Assembly (NCBI GenBank): GCA_038998335.1
Contig: JAVZHQ010000001.1
Location: forward strand, 544,001-608,000
Direction: 5' to 3'
Origin: Candidatus Aenigmatarchaeota archaeon
GTDB taxonomy: Archaea > Aenigmatarchaeota > Aenigmatarchaeia > CG10238-14 > SCSR01
Length of the DNA: 64,000 nt
Part shown: piece by piece, positions 17,990-26,643 of the stretch
Layout: every line of letters starts with the position of its first letter
How positions within the stretch are numbered: position 1 is the stretch's first letter
Notes under the pieces: model-generated
The model's input: only the letters and a program-made list of their open reading frames with translations
The model's database searches: none
Told to the model about the DNA's origin: nothing
Program-made: the position numbers and the translations under genes

Positions 17990-20104
17990 TTAAGCTATGG
18001 GTGTAGCTGTTGCAGTAGCTACAGTAGTACCAGTTACTTCAACAGCTTTTGCTGTGCTTCCTTCAAGCTTGCCTGCCTGCAAGTACTGAGCTGCAAGTAA
18101 TGTATCTTGAGCTCTCGTACCTGCAACTACTAGAACAACTTTTCCTGTTGTGCCGTAAGCATCTTCTATTAGCTGGATTAGAGCAAAGTCTCTTCCTGGC
18201 CATGCTTCACATGATGTTATAGTATAGCCAGTTGAGTCTTTGAGCTTGCCATCAGCTGCTAACTCTGCAACTAATTCGTTAACACATGGTCCTCCAACTA
18301 ATACAAATGCTTTTGTTGATGTTTTGTCGCTTGCAGTTATTTCATCTGCAAACCTTGTTACTGGAGTCTTGATTGGAACCATTTCTTTATAGGTTCCACC
18401 TGTTGTTACTACTTCACCTATCTTACCCATGTAAACGAATGCTTTTTGTTGCTCAGCTGGAAGCTCAACAACAACTTTCTGAGCTCCTGCGTTTGCTTTG
18501 ATGTTTGATTTAAGTACTGAACCGTAGCTTGAAGTGAGGTCAGGACCTTCGTAATCTCCTACACCGGTTGTACCGTCCCACTCTGTAACATCTCCTGCTT
18601 CTGGTGAAGTTGATGCTCCTAGAATCACAGCGCTACTTGTAAATGTATAATTCATAGCTATACTTTCGTGTCCTCCGTCCTCAAGAACCAATCCAGCGAA
18701 AGTGCTTGAAACGTTTTGTGGATCTATTACAAATTCGTGAGTGTCAAACTTTCCTTCAATGTTGTCTAGATCAGCTGGATCGGCCTCCATATCTGTTTGT
18801 ATTATTCTGCCCAAAATTTCATTGTAATAACCTATTACATACAATGAACCATTGTAAGCTATGTAAGCTTTCTTTGCGTTCTGGTTATTGAAAACATAGT
18901 CTGTTGCTTCAATTATTATTGCTGGTTTGTTTGAGAATAACGGCTTTGTTGCTGTTTCGTCTTCATAAATAGTTGCTGTACCTGCGCTAAATGTTACTTT
19001 TGTGTATGTCTTAACTAACAAGTCTTGCAAACCAAACTCAAAGTAATCGTTGGGTGCAACTATTTTCTTTCCTAGAGTTACGTACTTTGCTGTTTCGTCC
19101 TCGCTGAGACTTGGCTTATACTCTACTTTTATTGATGTTAGGCAATCTCCAGTTGTTGTAATGTCAAATACCCAAAGCTCACTTCCTGGGAATGGTTCAC
19201 CATCTTCGTAAACTTCGTCAACTTCTGGACCAACTACTAATGTTGCATAAATTACTCCACTAGTTGGAGAACCTCTAACAGCAATTAACTTTGCTTTAAT
19301 TGTTTGACCACCTAGCGTAAATTCTACTGTCTCACCTACGTTTGGCCATGCAGAATCAATCTCATTTCCTGCAGCATCTTTAACTACTAAGTAAGCCCAT
19401 CCTTCTGCTCCGTTACCGTCTGGAACGCAGAAGCTATAGTCACCATAAACTACACATTTGGGAGTTACCGAATCTGTGTCGCCCATCACACCTGTTAAGG
19501 CAGTAAATTTATCTGCTTCTGCTCCGGTTATCTGGAACAGTTTTCCTAGTATTTGAACTTTGAGCGGGTTTTTGTAATTATTTGTATAGAGGGTTCTGTT
19601 TATATCAGGTAACTCAATCTCGTAGTACAAATCACCGTCTGCTAACTGCATCACTATAGTTCCATTGTAATCCTTACCAAGTGCGTTTACTGAAACAGCA
19701 GGAACTCCCACTTTCTCTGTTACTAAGTATTCTTTTCCACCATAGGTTATTTTCTTTGGTCCCAAACCTATGGCTGTTGTTAATTCATTTCCCATTGTAT
19801 CATTAAGAAGACCGTCGTTCAGGGCAACTTCTGCTTTTTTGCAACTTCCATACTCACAACCAATCGCTACTCCTCCTGGAACCTGCTTCACATCATAGTT
19901 CATCTCTGCAATCCTTACTGCTAAGTCAATTCCTCCCAATACATCTGAAGCAGCTGCGCTTCTTCCTACTATCACATAAGCGTTTGCTCTGCTGGTTGTG
20001 TCAGTTTTTGTTGCTAGGAAACCTGGAAATTCTCCTAGCGTTGCAGCCATTGCTACTGGTACTAACATTATCGCAGCCAAAAAGGTTGCGATTAACTTTT
20101 TCAT
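17990..20104 (-). CDS. S-layer protein (Methanococcales/DPANN-type)
   Basis: Signal peptide; IVGRSAAASDVLG; LVGGPCVNEL; VVAGTRAQDTLLAA; GAGGT SD. Confidence 0.88.
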   Translation of the reverse strand: MKKLIATFLAAIMLVPVAMAATLGEFPGFLATKTDTTSRANAYVIVGRSAAASDVLGGIDLAVRIAEMNYDVKQVPGGVAIGCEYGSCKKAEVALNDGLLNDTMGNELTTAIGLGPKKITYGGKEYLVTEKVGVPAVSVNALGKDYNGTIVMQLADGDLYYEIELPDINRTLYTNNYKNPLKVQILGKLFQITGAEADKFTALTGVMGDTDSVTPKCVVYGDYSFCVPDGNGAEGWAYLVVKDAAGNEIDSAWPNVGETVEFTLGGQTIKAKLIAVRGSPTSGVIYATLVVGPEVDEVYEDGEPFPGSELWVFDITTTGDCLTSIKVEYKPSLSEDETAKYVTLGKKIVAPNDYFEFGLQDLLVKTYTKVTFSAGTATIYEDETATKPLFSNKPAIIIEATDYVFNNQNAKKAYIAYNGSLYVIGYYNEILGRIIQTDMEADPADLDNIEGKFDTHEFVIDPQNVSSTFAGLVLEDGGHESIAMNYTFTSSAVILGASTSPEAGDVTEWDGTTGVGDYEGPDLTSSYGSVLKSNIKANAGAQKVVVELPAEQQKAFVYMGKIGEVVTTGGTYKEMVPIKTPVTRFADEITASDKTSTKAFVLVGGPCVNELVAELAADGKLKDSTGYTITSCEAWPGRDFALIQLIEDAYGTTGKVVLVVAGTRAQDTLLAAQYLQAGKLEGSTAKAVEVTGTTVATATATPIA

Positions 20105-20128
20105 TTTTTTACCTCTTTTTTATCTTTT

Positions 20129-20164
20129 CTGTTTACTGTTTCATCTTTTATCTACAGTAAACAG
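20129..20164 (-). promoter_or_regulatory. Perfect 11-bp inverted repeat in the S-layer leader
   Basis: CTGTTTACTGT-N14-ACAGTAAACAG between a TATA-like element (~20205) and the SD. Confidence 0.6.
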
Positions 20165-20358
20165 TTCTCGGGACTTTTTCCTAACTTTAATTAAGCTTTG
20201 TATAATATTTAAGAATTTCTTGAAACAATTTTTATCTCTTAAAATCTCCTTAGTTAAGCTTCCTTTTTTAGGAAAATAAATCAAAAAAAAGTTTCTAATT
20301 GTTTCCAGAGTAAAAAAAATTTATTTTTTAAAAAAATAAGCTTTATTTTAACTTTTCA

Positions 20359-21282
20359 TTAAAGCTTGAATTTCTTCTTCACAAGCTTGAGCTTGTTAGT
20401 TCTTCCTAAGCTTTCAACCTCTATTAAACCCCTTTCAACCAAGCTTTTAACCACTCTACTAACCTTAGCTTTCGAAAGGTTAGTTTGCTCCACAACTTTC
20501 TTTTGAGTTATCATTCCGCCTGCAGCTATTATAGCGTCCATAACCTTCCTTTCAAACTCGTCTAGGACAGAAAGAACAAGCTTTTCTGGTTTCTTGAAGA
20601 ACCTCACATAAGCAAAGATGGTAATTAAACCTATCGCAAGCCCAAGAATAATAATAGGAATTAAGTTTAAGCTTTCAGCTTCCGCTATTTGCTCGTACAG
20701 AAACTGAAGTTTTAAAGGTTGGTTTGCTTTTATTCCTTCCAGCTTCCAAATAACTATTATCCTTCTTCCTAAGGTAGAAGTGCTCGCATTTTCAGGAAAA
20801 GAAACTTTGCTTGCGATTAAATTTTCTTCTATCAAAGCCATTCCTTCTGGTAGCTTGACAGAAGCGAAAACCCTTTCTATTTCCTCTTTTAAAGAAAAAT
20901 CACCATCAAAATAATACTTCTCTTCCAAGCTTTTTACAAAATCGCTTGTTTCGTAATAAATTTTAACTGTTCTTCCTACTGAAATGTTTATATCGCACTT
21001 TACTTCAGAAATCCCTTTTCCATAAGCTTTGCAAGTTATGTTTCCAAACTCTGAGCTTGCTCTCAAGCCTTCAACTCTTCCTATAACATCAAACTCAAGC
21101 CTATCCTTTATCTCGCTAAAAGTTACAGTTAAAGTAACAAAACTTCTTCCACTTTTATCCACGTTAACGTCTATACCATAAAACTGGACTTGAGCTAAAG
21201 AAATTGGAATAAAAAAAATTAAAGCTAGAAAAAATGAAACTATTGCTAAGAGCTTCACAAAAACTAAATGCATTTGAACCAA
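20359..21282 (-). CDS. Membrane-bound transcription regulator (extracellular domain, TM, C-terminal wHTH)
   Basis: Signal peptide, TM, then ITQKKVVEQTNLSKAKVSRVVKSLVERGLIEVESLGRTNK. Confidence 0.85.
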   Translation of the reverse strand: MVQMHLVFVKLLAIVSFFLALIFFIPISLAQVQFYGIDVNVDKSGRSFVTLTVTFSEIKDRLEFDVIGRVEGLRASSEFGNITCKAYGKGISEVKCDINISVGRTVKIYYETSDFVKSLEEKYYFDGDFSLKEEIERVFASVKLPEGMALIEENLIASKVSFPENASTSTLGRRIIVIWKLEGIKANQPLKLQFLYEQIAEAESLNLIPIIILGLAIGLITIFAYVRFFKKPEKLVLSVLDEFERKVMDAIIAAGGMITQKKVVEQTNLSKAKVSRVVKSLVERGLIEVESLGRTNKLKLVKKKFKL

Positions 21283-21293
21283 TTTATTTTTTG

Positions 21294-23684
21294 CTATTCT
21301 GTTATTACATCAATTTTGAAACCGCATTTAGGGCATCTGTCTTTAACTAAGTTTATTTTCCTGACGAAAAAGCCTTCTCTTAAGATCAAAGGCTCTCTGC
21401 AATTATAACAATAAGTATTTTCGTCAGCATGCCCAGGAACGTTTCCTATGTATACATACCTTAAGCCTGCACTTCTTGCCTCTTCTATACATTTTTCTAG
21501 AGTACTTACAGGAGTGAAAGGCAAATCCAAAAGCTTGTAATCAGGATGGAATTGTAAAATATGAAAAGGAATATGAGGGCCAAGCTCGTAGTTGATCCAT
21601 TCTGCAAGCTTTCTGCAAAGCTCTATGTTATCGCCAATTTGAGGAACTATCAGATTAGTAATTTCTATGTGAACTCTTTGTTTTCTCATTTGCTTTAATG
21701 ATTCGAAAATTGGCTCGACACTTGGGACTGACATGAACTTCTTGTAAAATTCTGGATCTCCTGAAGCCTTAAAATCGACAGTTGCTGCATCTAAGTACTT
21801 AAACTTCTTTAAAGCTTCTGGTGTTATATAGCCGTTAGTTACAAAGGAATTGAATATATTGCTTCTATGTGCCAATTTTGCAACTCTAAAAGCAAACTCG
21901 TAGAATATTGTTGGCTCTGTATAAGTGTAGCTTATTACTTTACATTTATTTTTTTCAGCAAGCTCAACAACTTCTTCAGGAGAATATTCCTCGCCAGGAA
22001 CTTTTTCGCTTTTTTCTAAAACTAAGGCTTGGCTTATCGAAGCATTACAGCAATTTGCAACAAAAACAAAGTTGGAAGGATAAGAATGATCTTCATCCTT
22101 TACCTCAAGGTTATAAACAAAACCAGAATAAGGTTCTTTTTCTATTTTGTCTATTTCAACAAAAAAGTAATTCCCGTTTTCTGCAAATTTACTTTGTTTT
22201 TTATGAAGCATTTGTAAACTAAACCCATTTAAAAAGTTAGCTATCGCATCTTTTCCAAAGATTTTGACTCTAAAATAGGGTGAAAAGCAAATATTTCTGC
22301 CTTCAACAGAACCTTTACTTGAAGGAAATTCGTAGAAAGAAGGCAATAAGCCTAATTTAAGAAGAAGTAAGAAAATACCGTAAGCTAAATTTTTTGAACT
22401 TGTTGAAAACTCTAAAACATCAATCCCTTTATAGCCATCACCCTCAAAATAAGCTTTTGAAAAACTGTGAATTATTTTTCTATTTTTACAATTCAAGAGT
22501 ATTTCAGGAATTTTTTTATTATGACTTTTATCACCACACAAGACCTTAAACAGGATAGCTACAGAAGATTTCCATACTTCTACTGTAATTGTCGACCTTC
22601 TTTCGACAATCTTTGGTTCAATAGAAAAGATTTTCCTAATTAGTTCTGCTGTTTTTTTGGCTTTATCTTTTTCATGTTTTCCGAAAGAAAAAACTAAGCA
22701 GTGGGAAGTTACTCTACCTTTACTTTTTGTTACATGACCTTCTGCACAATAATAACCAAAAAGTATAGCAAGATTTTCATCTAGGGGAATGTACCTTTTT
22801 ATAAAGGTTTTTTCTGTTTTATACTTTATTAGTTGGCCTCTCTCTACAACTCTATTATCTTCGTAAATAAGGTTTTTTGAAATTCCTTCTTTTTTAAACT
22901 TCCCAATTAATTTTCTTACATAAGTTGGGTGAAAATTAAAAATCTTAGCGATTTCTTTAGATGTTTTCCCTCCCTTATAAAGATTTAAAATTTCCTTTGC
23001 TTTTTCCTCGTTTATTTTGGTTTTTTTTCTGTATTTTGTCTTGAAACTCGAAAGAATTTCCTTCAAATCAATTATTAAATTCTCCTTAGTTTCTGTTTGA
23101 AACTTAGGGATTATTAAAAGATGATTCTTTGTTAACTCTCTTGCAGGAATTTTTTTAATTTTCTTATCTCTTTTATCGTAAACAAAAAATTCATGAGAAG
23201 GTGTAGCTTTTATTTTTGGTAAATGAAAAGGTTTGATTACAATTAGTTCGCCCTCATAATAATGTTTGTAAACTTTCTCTATTTCTGAAACTTTAGCCAA
23301 ATGAGTAAAAGTTTTTATGTTATTTAAAAAACTAACATAACCTCCTTCTATTTCATAAGCTTTCCCTTTGTTAAAAAGTGTTTCAAAGTCAAAAATTCCT
23401 TTATCAGTTAAAATCATTGTGCTTGGATCAAAACAAAACTGACATCTAAAATTGCAACCAGCAGAAGCGATAGAAAGAGCAGAGGAACCAGGGTAGAAAT
23501 GGAACAAAGGTTTTTTCTCTATGGGATCGACGTTAACTGCAATAAGCTTGCCATAATTTAAAGTGTAAAGCTTGTTATCTTTATTAACTCTTACTAAGCA
23601 AAAGCCTTTTCCCCCTTTTGGGATAAAGCATCTTCTAGCACAAAGCTCGCACCTTATACCATTCCTTTCCTTTTGCCATAGCAT
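21294..23684 (-). CDS. amrS: AmmeMemoRadiSam-system radical SAM enzyme containing an intein
   Basis: CELCARRC, DPIEKKPLFHFYPG, GCNFRCQF|C, YTYTEPTIFYE, FHPDY, YVYIGNVPG. Confidence 0.9.
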   Translation of the reverse strand: MLWQKERNGIRCELCARRCFIPKGGKGFCLVRVNKDNKLYTLNYGKLIAVNVDPIEKKPLFHFYPGSSALSIASAGCNFRCQFCFDPSTMILTDKGIFDFETLFNKGKAYEIEGGYVSFLNNIKTFTHLAKVSEIEKVYKHYYEGELIVIKPFHLPKIKATPSHEFFVYDKRDKKIKKIPARELTKNHLLIIPKFQTETKENLIIDLKEILSSFKTKYRKKTKINEEKAKEILNLYKGGKTSKEIAKIFNFHPTYVRKLIGKFKKEGISKNLIYEDNRVVERGQLIKYKTEKTFIKRYIPLDENLAILFGYYCAEGHVTKSKGRVTSHCLVFSFGKHEKDKAKKTAELIRKIFSIEPKIVERRSTITVEVWKSSVAILFKVLCGDKSHNKKIPEILLNCKNRKIIHSFSKAYFEGDGYKGIDVLEFSTSSKNLAYGIFLLLLKLGLLPSFYEFPSSKGSVEGRNICFSPYFRVKIFGKDAIANFLNGFSLQMLHKKQSKFAENGNYFFVEIDKIEKEPYSGFVYNLEVKDEDHSYPSNFVFVANCCNASISQALVLEKSEKVPGEEYSPEEVVELAEKNKCKVISYTYTEPTIFYEFAFRVAKLAHRSNIFNSFVTNGYITPEALKKFKYLDAATVDFKASGDPEFYKKFMSVPSVEPIFESLKQMRKQRVHIEITNLIVPQIGDNIELCRKLAEWINYELGPHIPFHILQFHPDYKLLDLPFTPVSTLEKCIEEARSAGLRYVYIGNVPGHADENTYCYNCREPLILREGFFVRKINLVKDRCPKCGFKIDVITE
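22053..23435 (-). mobile_element. Intein (461 aa) with HTH and LAGLIDADG homing endonuclease
   Basis: Block A CFDPST, block B ATPSHEFFV, LAGLIDADG-like FGYYCAEG and AYFEGDG, block F VYNLEV, terminal VAN followed by extein Cys. Confidence 0.9.
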
Positions 23685-23744
23685 AGCTTCTTTCGTTTTA
23701 TCACCGTATAATAATATATTGGTTTACCATAATATTATAGATAA

Positions 23745-23826
23745 GCCCCGATAGCATAGTGGTAATGCGCCCGCCTCGTATATTCAAGAAAGCGGGAGAT
23801 CGAGGGTTCGAATCCCTCTCGGGGCT
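23745..23826 (+). tRNA. tRNA-Thr(CGT) with 10-nt intron at 37/38 (23781-23790)
   Basis: GCCCCGA/TCGGGGC acceptor; CCCGC-CT-CGT-A[TATTCAAGAA]A-GCGGG; GAGGG-TTCGAAT-CCCTC. Confidence 0.9.
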
Positions 23827-23846
23827 TTGAAAAAAGGAGGAAAAAA

Positions 23847-24137
23847 ATGGAAATAGTGCTTCAAGTTGAAACAAAAGATTATCAGAAAGTAAGAGAAATT
23901 TTGCTTAAAGATGATTTGGTTTCTAGAGCAAGCGTAACTTTTAGAGAAGGGAAAGGTTATGGTGGAGAAGGTTATTTTTGCTTTATTTTTGGTTCAGAAG
24001 AGCAATGCAAAAAAGCTTTGGAAGTAACAAAAGAGCTAGCGAAAGAAATTAAAGATGAAGAAAAAGAAAAATTAATAAGTAAGATAAAAGAAGAGGAAAA
24101 TAAAGCCTTAGAAGGTTTTGGTTCGATATTTGGTTGA
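23847..24137 (+). CDS. Hypothetical protein between two tRNAs
   Basis: GGAGG SD; stop codon abuts the tRNA-Gly 5' end. Confidence 0.75.
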   Translation: MEIVLQVETKDYQKVREILLKDDLVSRASVTFREGKGYGGEGYFCFIFGSEEQCKKALEVTKELAKEIKDEEKEKLISKIKEEENKALEGFGSIFG

Positions 24138-24223
24138 GCGCTGGTAGTCCAGCCTGGTTAAGACGCAGAACTTAGCGGAACCCTGCCACGGCTGAAACGC
24201 GGGTTCAAATCCCGCCCAGCGCA
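24138..24223 (+). tRNA. tRNA-Gly(GCC) with 12-nt intron at 29/30 (24169-24180)
   Basis: GCGCTGG/CCAGCGC acceptor; CAG[AACTTAGCGGAA]CC-CT-GCC-AC-GGCTG; GCGGG-TTCAAAT-CCCGC. Confidence 0.9.
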
Positions 24224-24231
24224 TAATTATT

Positions 24232-24489
24232 TCAAAACTTTTGATAGAGTTTCTTTCTATGCCCAACTTCCAGGACAAAAACAATCAAACTTTTACCTTC
24301 TATGGCTAAAATAGCTCTATAATCTCCAACTCTTAAAGTGTAGAGGTTTATTCCCTTAAGTTTCTTTACAAACTTGAACGGGTTTTCGCTAATTCCTTCA
24401 ACTTTTTCCACAATTTTTTTACTTATACATTTTTCAAGCTTCTTAAGCTGTTTTAAAGCTGTTTCTGTCCACTTAACTTCATACTTCAT
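24232..24489 (-). CDS. relE: RelE/ParE family toxin
   Basis: YEVKWTETALKQLKKL, KKLKG..YTLRVGDYR, VGHRKK.Y. Confidence 0.9.
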   Translation of the reverse strand: MKYEVKWTETALKQLKKLEKCISKKIVEKVEGISENPFKFVKKLKGINLYTLRVGDYRAILAIEGKSLIVFVLEVGHRKKLYQKF

Positions 24490-24716
24490 CTTATTCCCAG
24501 TTTTTTCTTCACTTCTTTTGTAGAAAATACCCTACCTTCCTTTATGTCTTTTAATGCTTTCTCTATATTTTTTAATGTTTTTTGACTTAGTGGCTCTTCG
24601 TCGATTCTGGCTTCGATTAAACGTTTGATTACCAAGTTGTAGGACTCTTTAGGATGAGATTTTAACTCTTCTAACATTTTTTTAACTTCTTCTTCTACTT
24701 GTATGGTAGTTGCCAT
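24486..24716 (-). CDS. Antitoxin of the RelE pair
   Basis: MATTIQV...L..LK....ESY..VI.RL; C-terminal IKEGRVFSTKEVKKKLG; ATGA overlap with relE. Confidence 0.85.
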   Translation of the reverse strand: MATTIQVEEEVKKMLEELKSHPKESYNLVIKRLIEARIDEEPLSQKTLKNIEKALKDIKEGRVFSTKEVKKKLGIR

Positions 24717-24822
24717 AAGTAACTATAGATAGCTATAATATTTAAACCTTGTGAATTCCAATACTTTATACTACTAACGCAAAAAGTTATATTAATTCTA
24801 AACAAAATATTAAATGATTTGA

Positions 24823-25428
24823 ATGCCTGTTTTTGGAAAAAAGGAAGAAGTAAAAAGAGGGTATGTTCCTACTGAAGAAGTTCTTGAGATGATGGAAAAG
24901 AAAATTCCTGAAGGAGAAATAATTGAAAGTTTAAGAAGAGGTGGGTTTTCACCAGATGAGATAGCTCAGGCTTTTGTCGAAGCTTCTAGGAAAATTTTTG
25001 CTAAGCCTGAAGTAGTTGAGAAAAAAGTTGAGGAAGTTAAACCAAAATTGGAAGAGAAGCCTAAAGAGAAAAAGGAAGAGAAGATTGAAGAAAAAAAAGA
25101 AGAGAAGCCTGAAAGTCCTCCAGTTTTTATAAAAGTTGAAAAGTATGATGAAATAGTTCTTGAGATGGGAAAGATAAAGGATATTCTAGAAGAATTAAAA
25201 AATATCCTTGTTTCCTTAAAAGAACTTGAGAAAACTAGAAAAGAAACTCTAGAGGAAATTCACAACATAAGTAAAGATTTGGAAGAAAGGGTTTCCAAGC
25301 TTTACTCTACATTTTTAAAACCTTATAGCTATGAGGAAGTACCTATAGAAGGAACAGAAGAAGTTGAGAATATAATAGATGAGCTTAAAAGCCAAATAGA
25401 AGAGTTGAAAAGCGAGATAGAAGTTTAA
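24823..25428 (+). CDS. Hypothetical charged coiled-coil protein
   Basis: E/K-rich linker, PVFIKVEKY, heptad pattern. Confidence 0.75.
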   Translation: MPVFGKKEEVKRGYVPTEEVLEMMEKKIPEGEIIESLRRGGFSPDEIAQAFVEASRKIFAKPEVVEKKVEEVKPKLEEKPKEKKEEKIEEKKEEKPESPPVFIKVEKYDEIVLEMGKIKDILEELKNILVSLKELEKTRKETLEEIHNISKDLEERVSKLYSTFLKPYSYEEVPIEGTEEVENIIDELKSQIEELKSEIEV

Positions 25429-25470
25429 AAATAAAAGTTTAACTTTTTTAAAAGATTAAATCTTATTTAG

Positions 25471-25588
25471 GCAGGGGTTCCCGAGTCTGGTTAAAGGGGC
25501 AGGACTCAAGTCAGACTTGAGTTTTGATTCAAGATGAAAGAAATCCTGTGGCTTAGTGCCTTCCTGGGTTCAAATCCCAGCCCCTGCA
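25471..25588 (+). tRNA. tRNA-Leu(CAA) with 32-nt intron at 37/38 (25511-25542)
   Basis: GCAGGGG/CCCCTGC acceptor, CAGGA/TCCTG anticodon stem, long variable arm, CTGGG-TTCAAAT-CCCAG. Confidence 0.88.
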
Positions 25589-25597
25589 TTTACAAAA

Positions 25598-25936
25598 CTA
25601 ATCTACTTTTTTCTTGGTATAAAACACAGTATTCTCTTGAGAAAAAAGCTCCTTAGGCATTATTCCACCTTTTTTAAGAGGAAAAAGATAAACTTCTCCT
25701 TTTTCTTTATCATAATATCTTGCAATAAGTAAATTGTTCTTGCAGATTATTGACATGAAATCATCAAAAGGAAGTTCGCTAAATTTCGTGTTAGAATTTT
25801 CAAAGGGGTTTATCCACTTCGCTTCTTCGATTATCTTTCCTTTTTCATCTGTTCTATGTGGCACCCAAAAAACATCTACAGGATAAAAAACTTCATCCTT
25901 GTACTTTATCTTATCCCAAAATTTCATTCGAATCAA
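25598..25936 (-). CDS. Hypothetical protein
   Basis: ORF with typical composition, convergent on tRNA-Leu; no recognised motif. Confidence 0.55.
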   Translation of the reverse strand: MIRMKFWDKIKYKDEVFYPVDVFWVPHRTDEKGKIIEEAKWINPFENSNTKFSELPFDDFMSIICKNNLLIARYYDKEKGEVYLFPLKKGGIMPKELFSQENTVFYTKKKVD

Positions 25937-26029
25937 TTAGTTAATGTTAGTAAACAATTTAAGTTTTGCTACAAGAGCAAAAGGCAAAAGTTTTATTAGG
26001 CTTAAAACCATGGTTTAATTATCGAAAAA

Positions 26030-26293
26030 ATGGAAGGCAAGCCTTTAAAAGCAAAAAACCTTAAGGTTATAGACCACTTGGGTACTCTTTATGCTACTTT
26101 TAACGGTAGCAGCATGTGGAAGCTTGACAAAGTTGCTTTTGGGATTTTAAGGATGTGTGACGGAAAAAGAAGTGTTGAAGAAATCGTTAACGAAATAGCG
26201 AAAAGAATTTCTCATAAGCCAGAAGACGTTAAGCCAATTGTAGAGGAAATTTTAAACGAATTAACAAGAATGAAGTTTATAGAATGGGTTTAG
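26030..26293 (+). CDS. PqqD/RRE-like protein
   Basis: KLDKVAFGILRMCDGKRSVEEIVNEI...VEEILNELTRMKFI. Confidence 0.75.
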   Translation: MEGKPLKAKNLKVIDHLGTLYATFNGSSMWKLDKVAFGILRMCDGKRSVEEIVNEIAKRISHKPEDVKPIVEEILNELTRMKFIEWV

Positions 26294-26547
26294 AGCTTTT
26301 TTCTTAACTTTTCTAGGATTTCTTCTTCTTTAACAAGCTCAGCAAACCTTTCTTTTAAGAACAAAAGTCTTGCTATCCCTATTTTCCTTTCAACAACTTT
26401 TCCTTCGCCTATAAGCTCATGCACGTATTTTGTTGCGGTAATTCTGCTCATCTTTGCTATTTTTGAGAGCTCTTGAATCGTTAGCCCATCAGGATGCTCT
26501 TTTAGAATGTTTAGAATAATTTCTTTTGAATATTGTTTTTTCCTCAT
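26290..26547 (-). CDS. Winged-helix transcription regulator
   Basis: HPDGLTIQELSKIAKMSRITATKYVHELIGEGKV..RKIG. Confidence 0.85.
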   Translation of the reverse strand: MRKKQYSKEIILNILKEHPDGLTIQELSKIAKMSRITATKYVHELIGEGKVVERKIGIARLLFLKERFAELVKEEEILEKLRKKL

Positions 26548-26589
26548 ATTTAATAATAGTGTTAAACATCAATATATAGTTTTTGATAG

Positions 26590-26643
26590 CTTGATATCGA
26601 GAATATCAAGTACTTAAATATTATTTGATATTGGGAATATCAA
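26590..26643. promoter_or_regulatory. Two palindromic operators TTGATAT-N5-ATATCAA
   Basis: CTTGATATCGAGAATATCAAG (26590-26610) and TTGATATTGGGAATATCAA (26625-26643) upstream of the wHTH gene. Confidence 0.7.

Noticed and set aside
26030-26293. RiPP cluster around the PqqD-like gene
   Set aside because: No adjacent SPASM radical SAM or precursor peptide; the window's radical SAMs belong to other families
24138-26547. Integrated element at tRNA-Gly or tRNA-Leu
   Set aside because: RelE pair and orphan genes lie next to the tRNAs, but I found no integrase and no duplicated tRNA 3' end (att site) in the window
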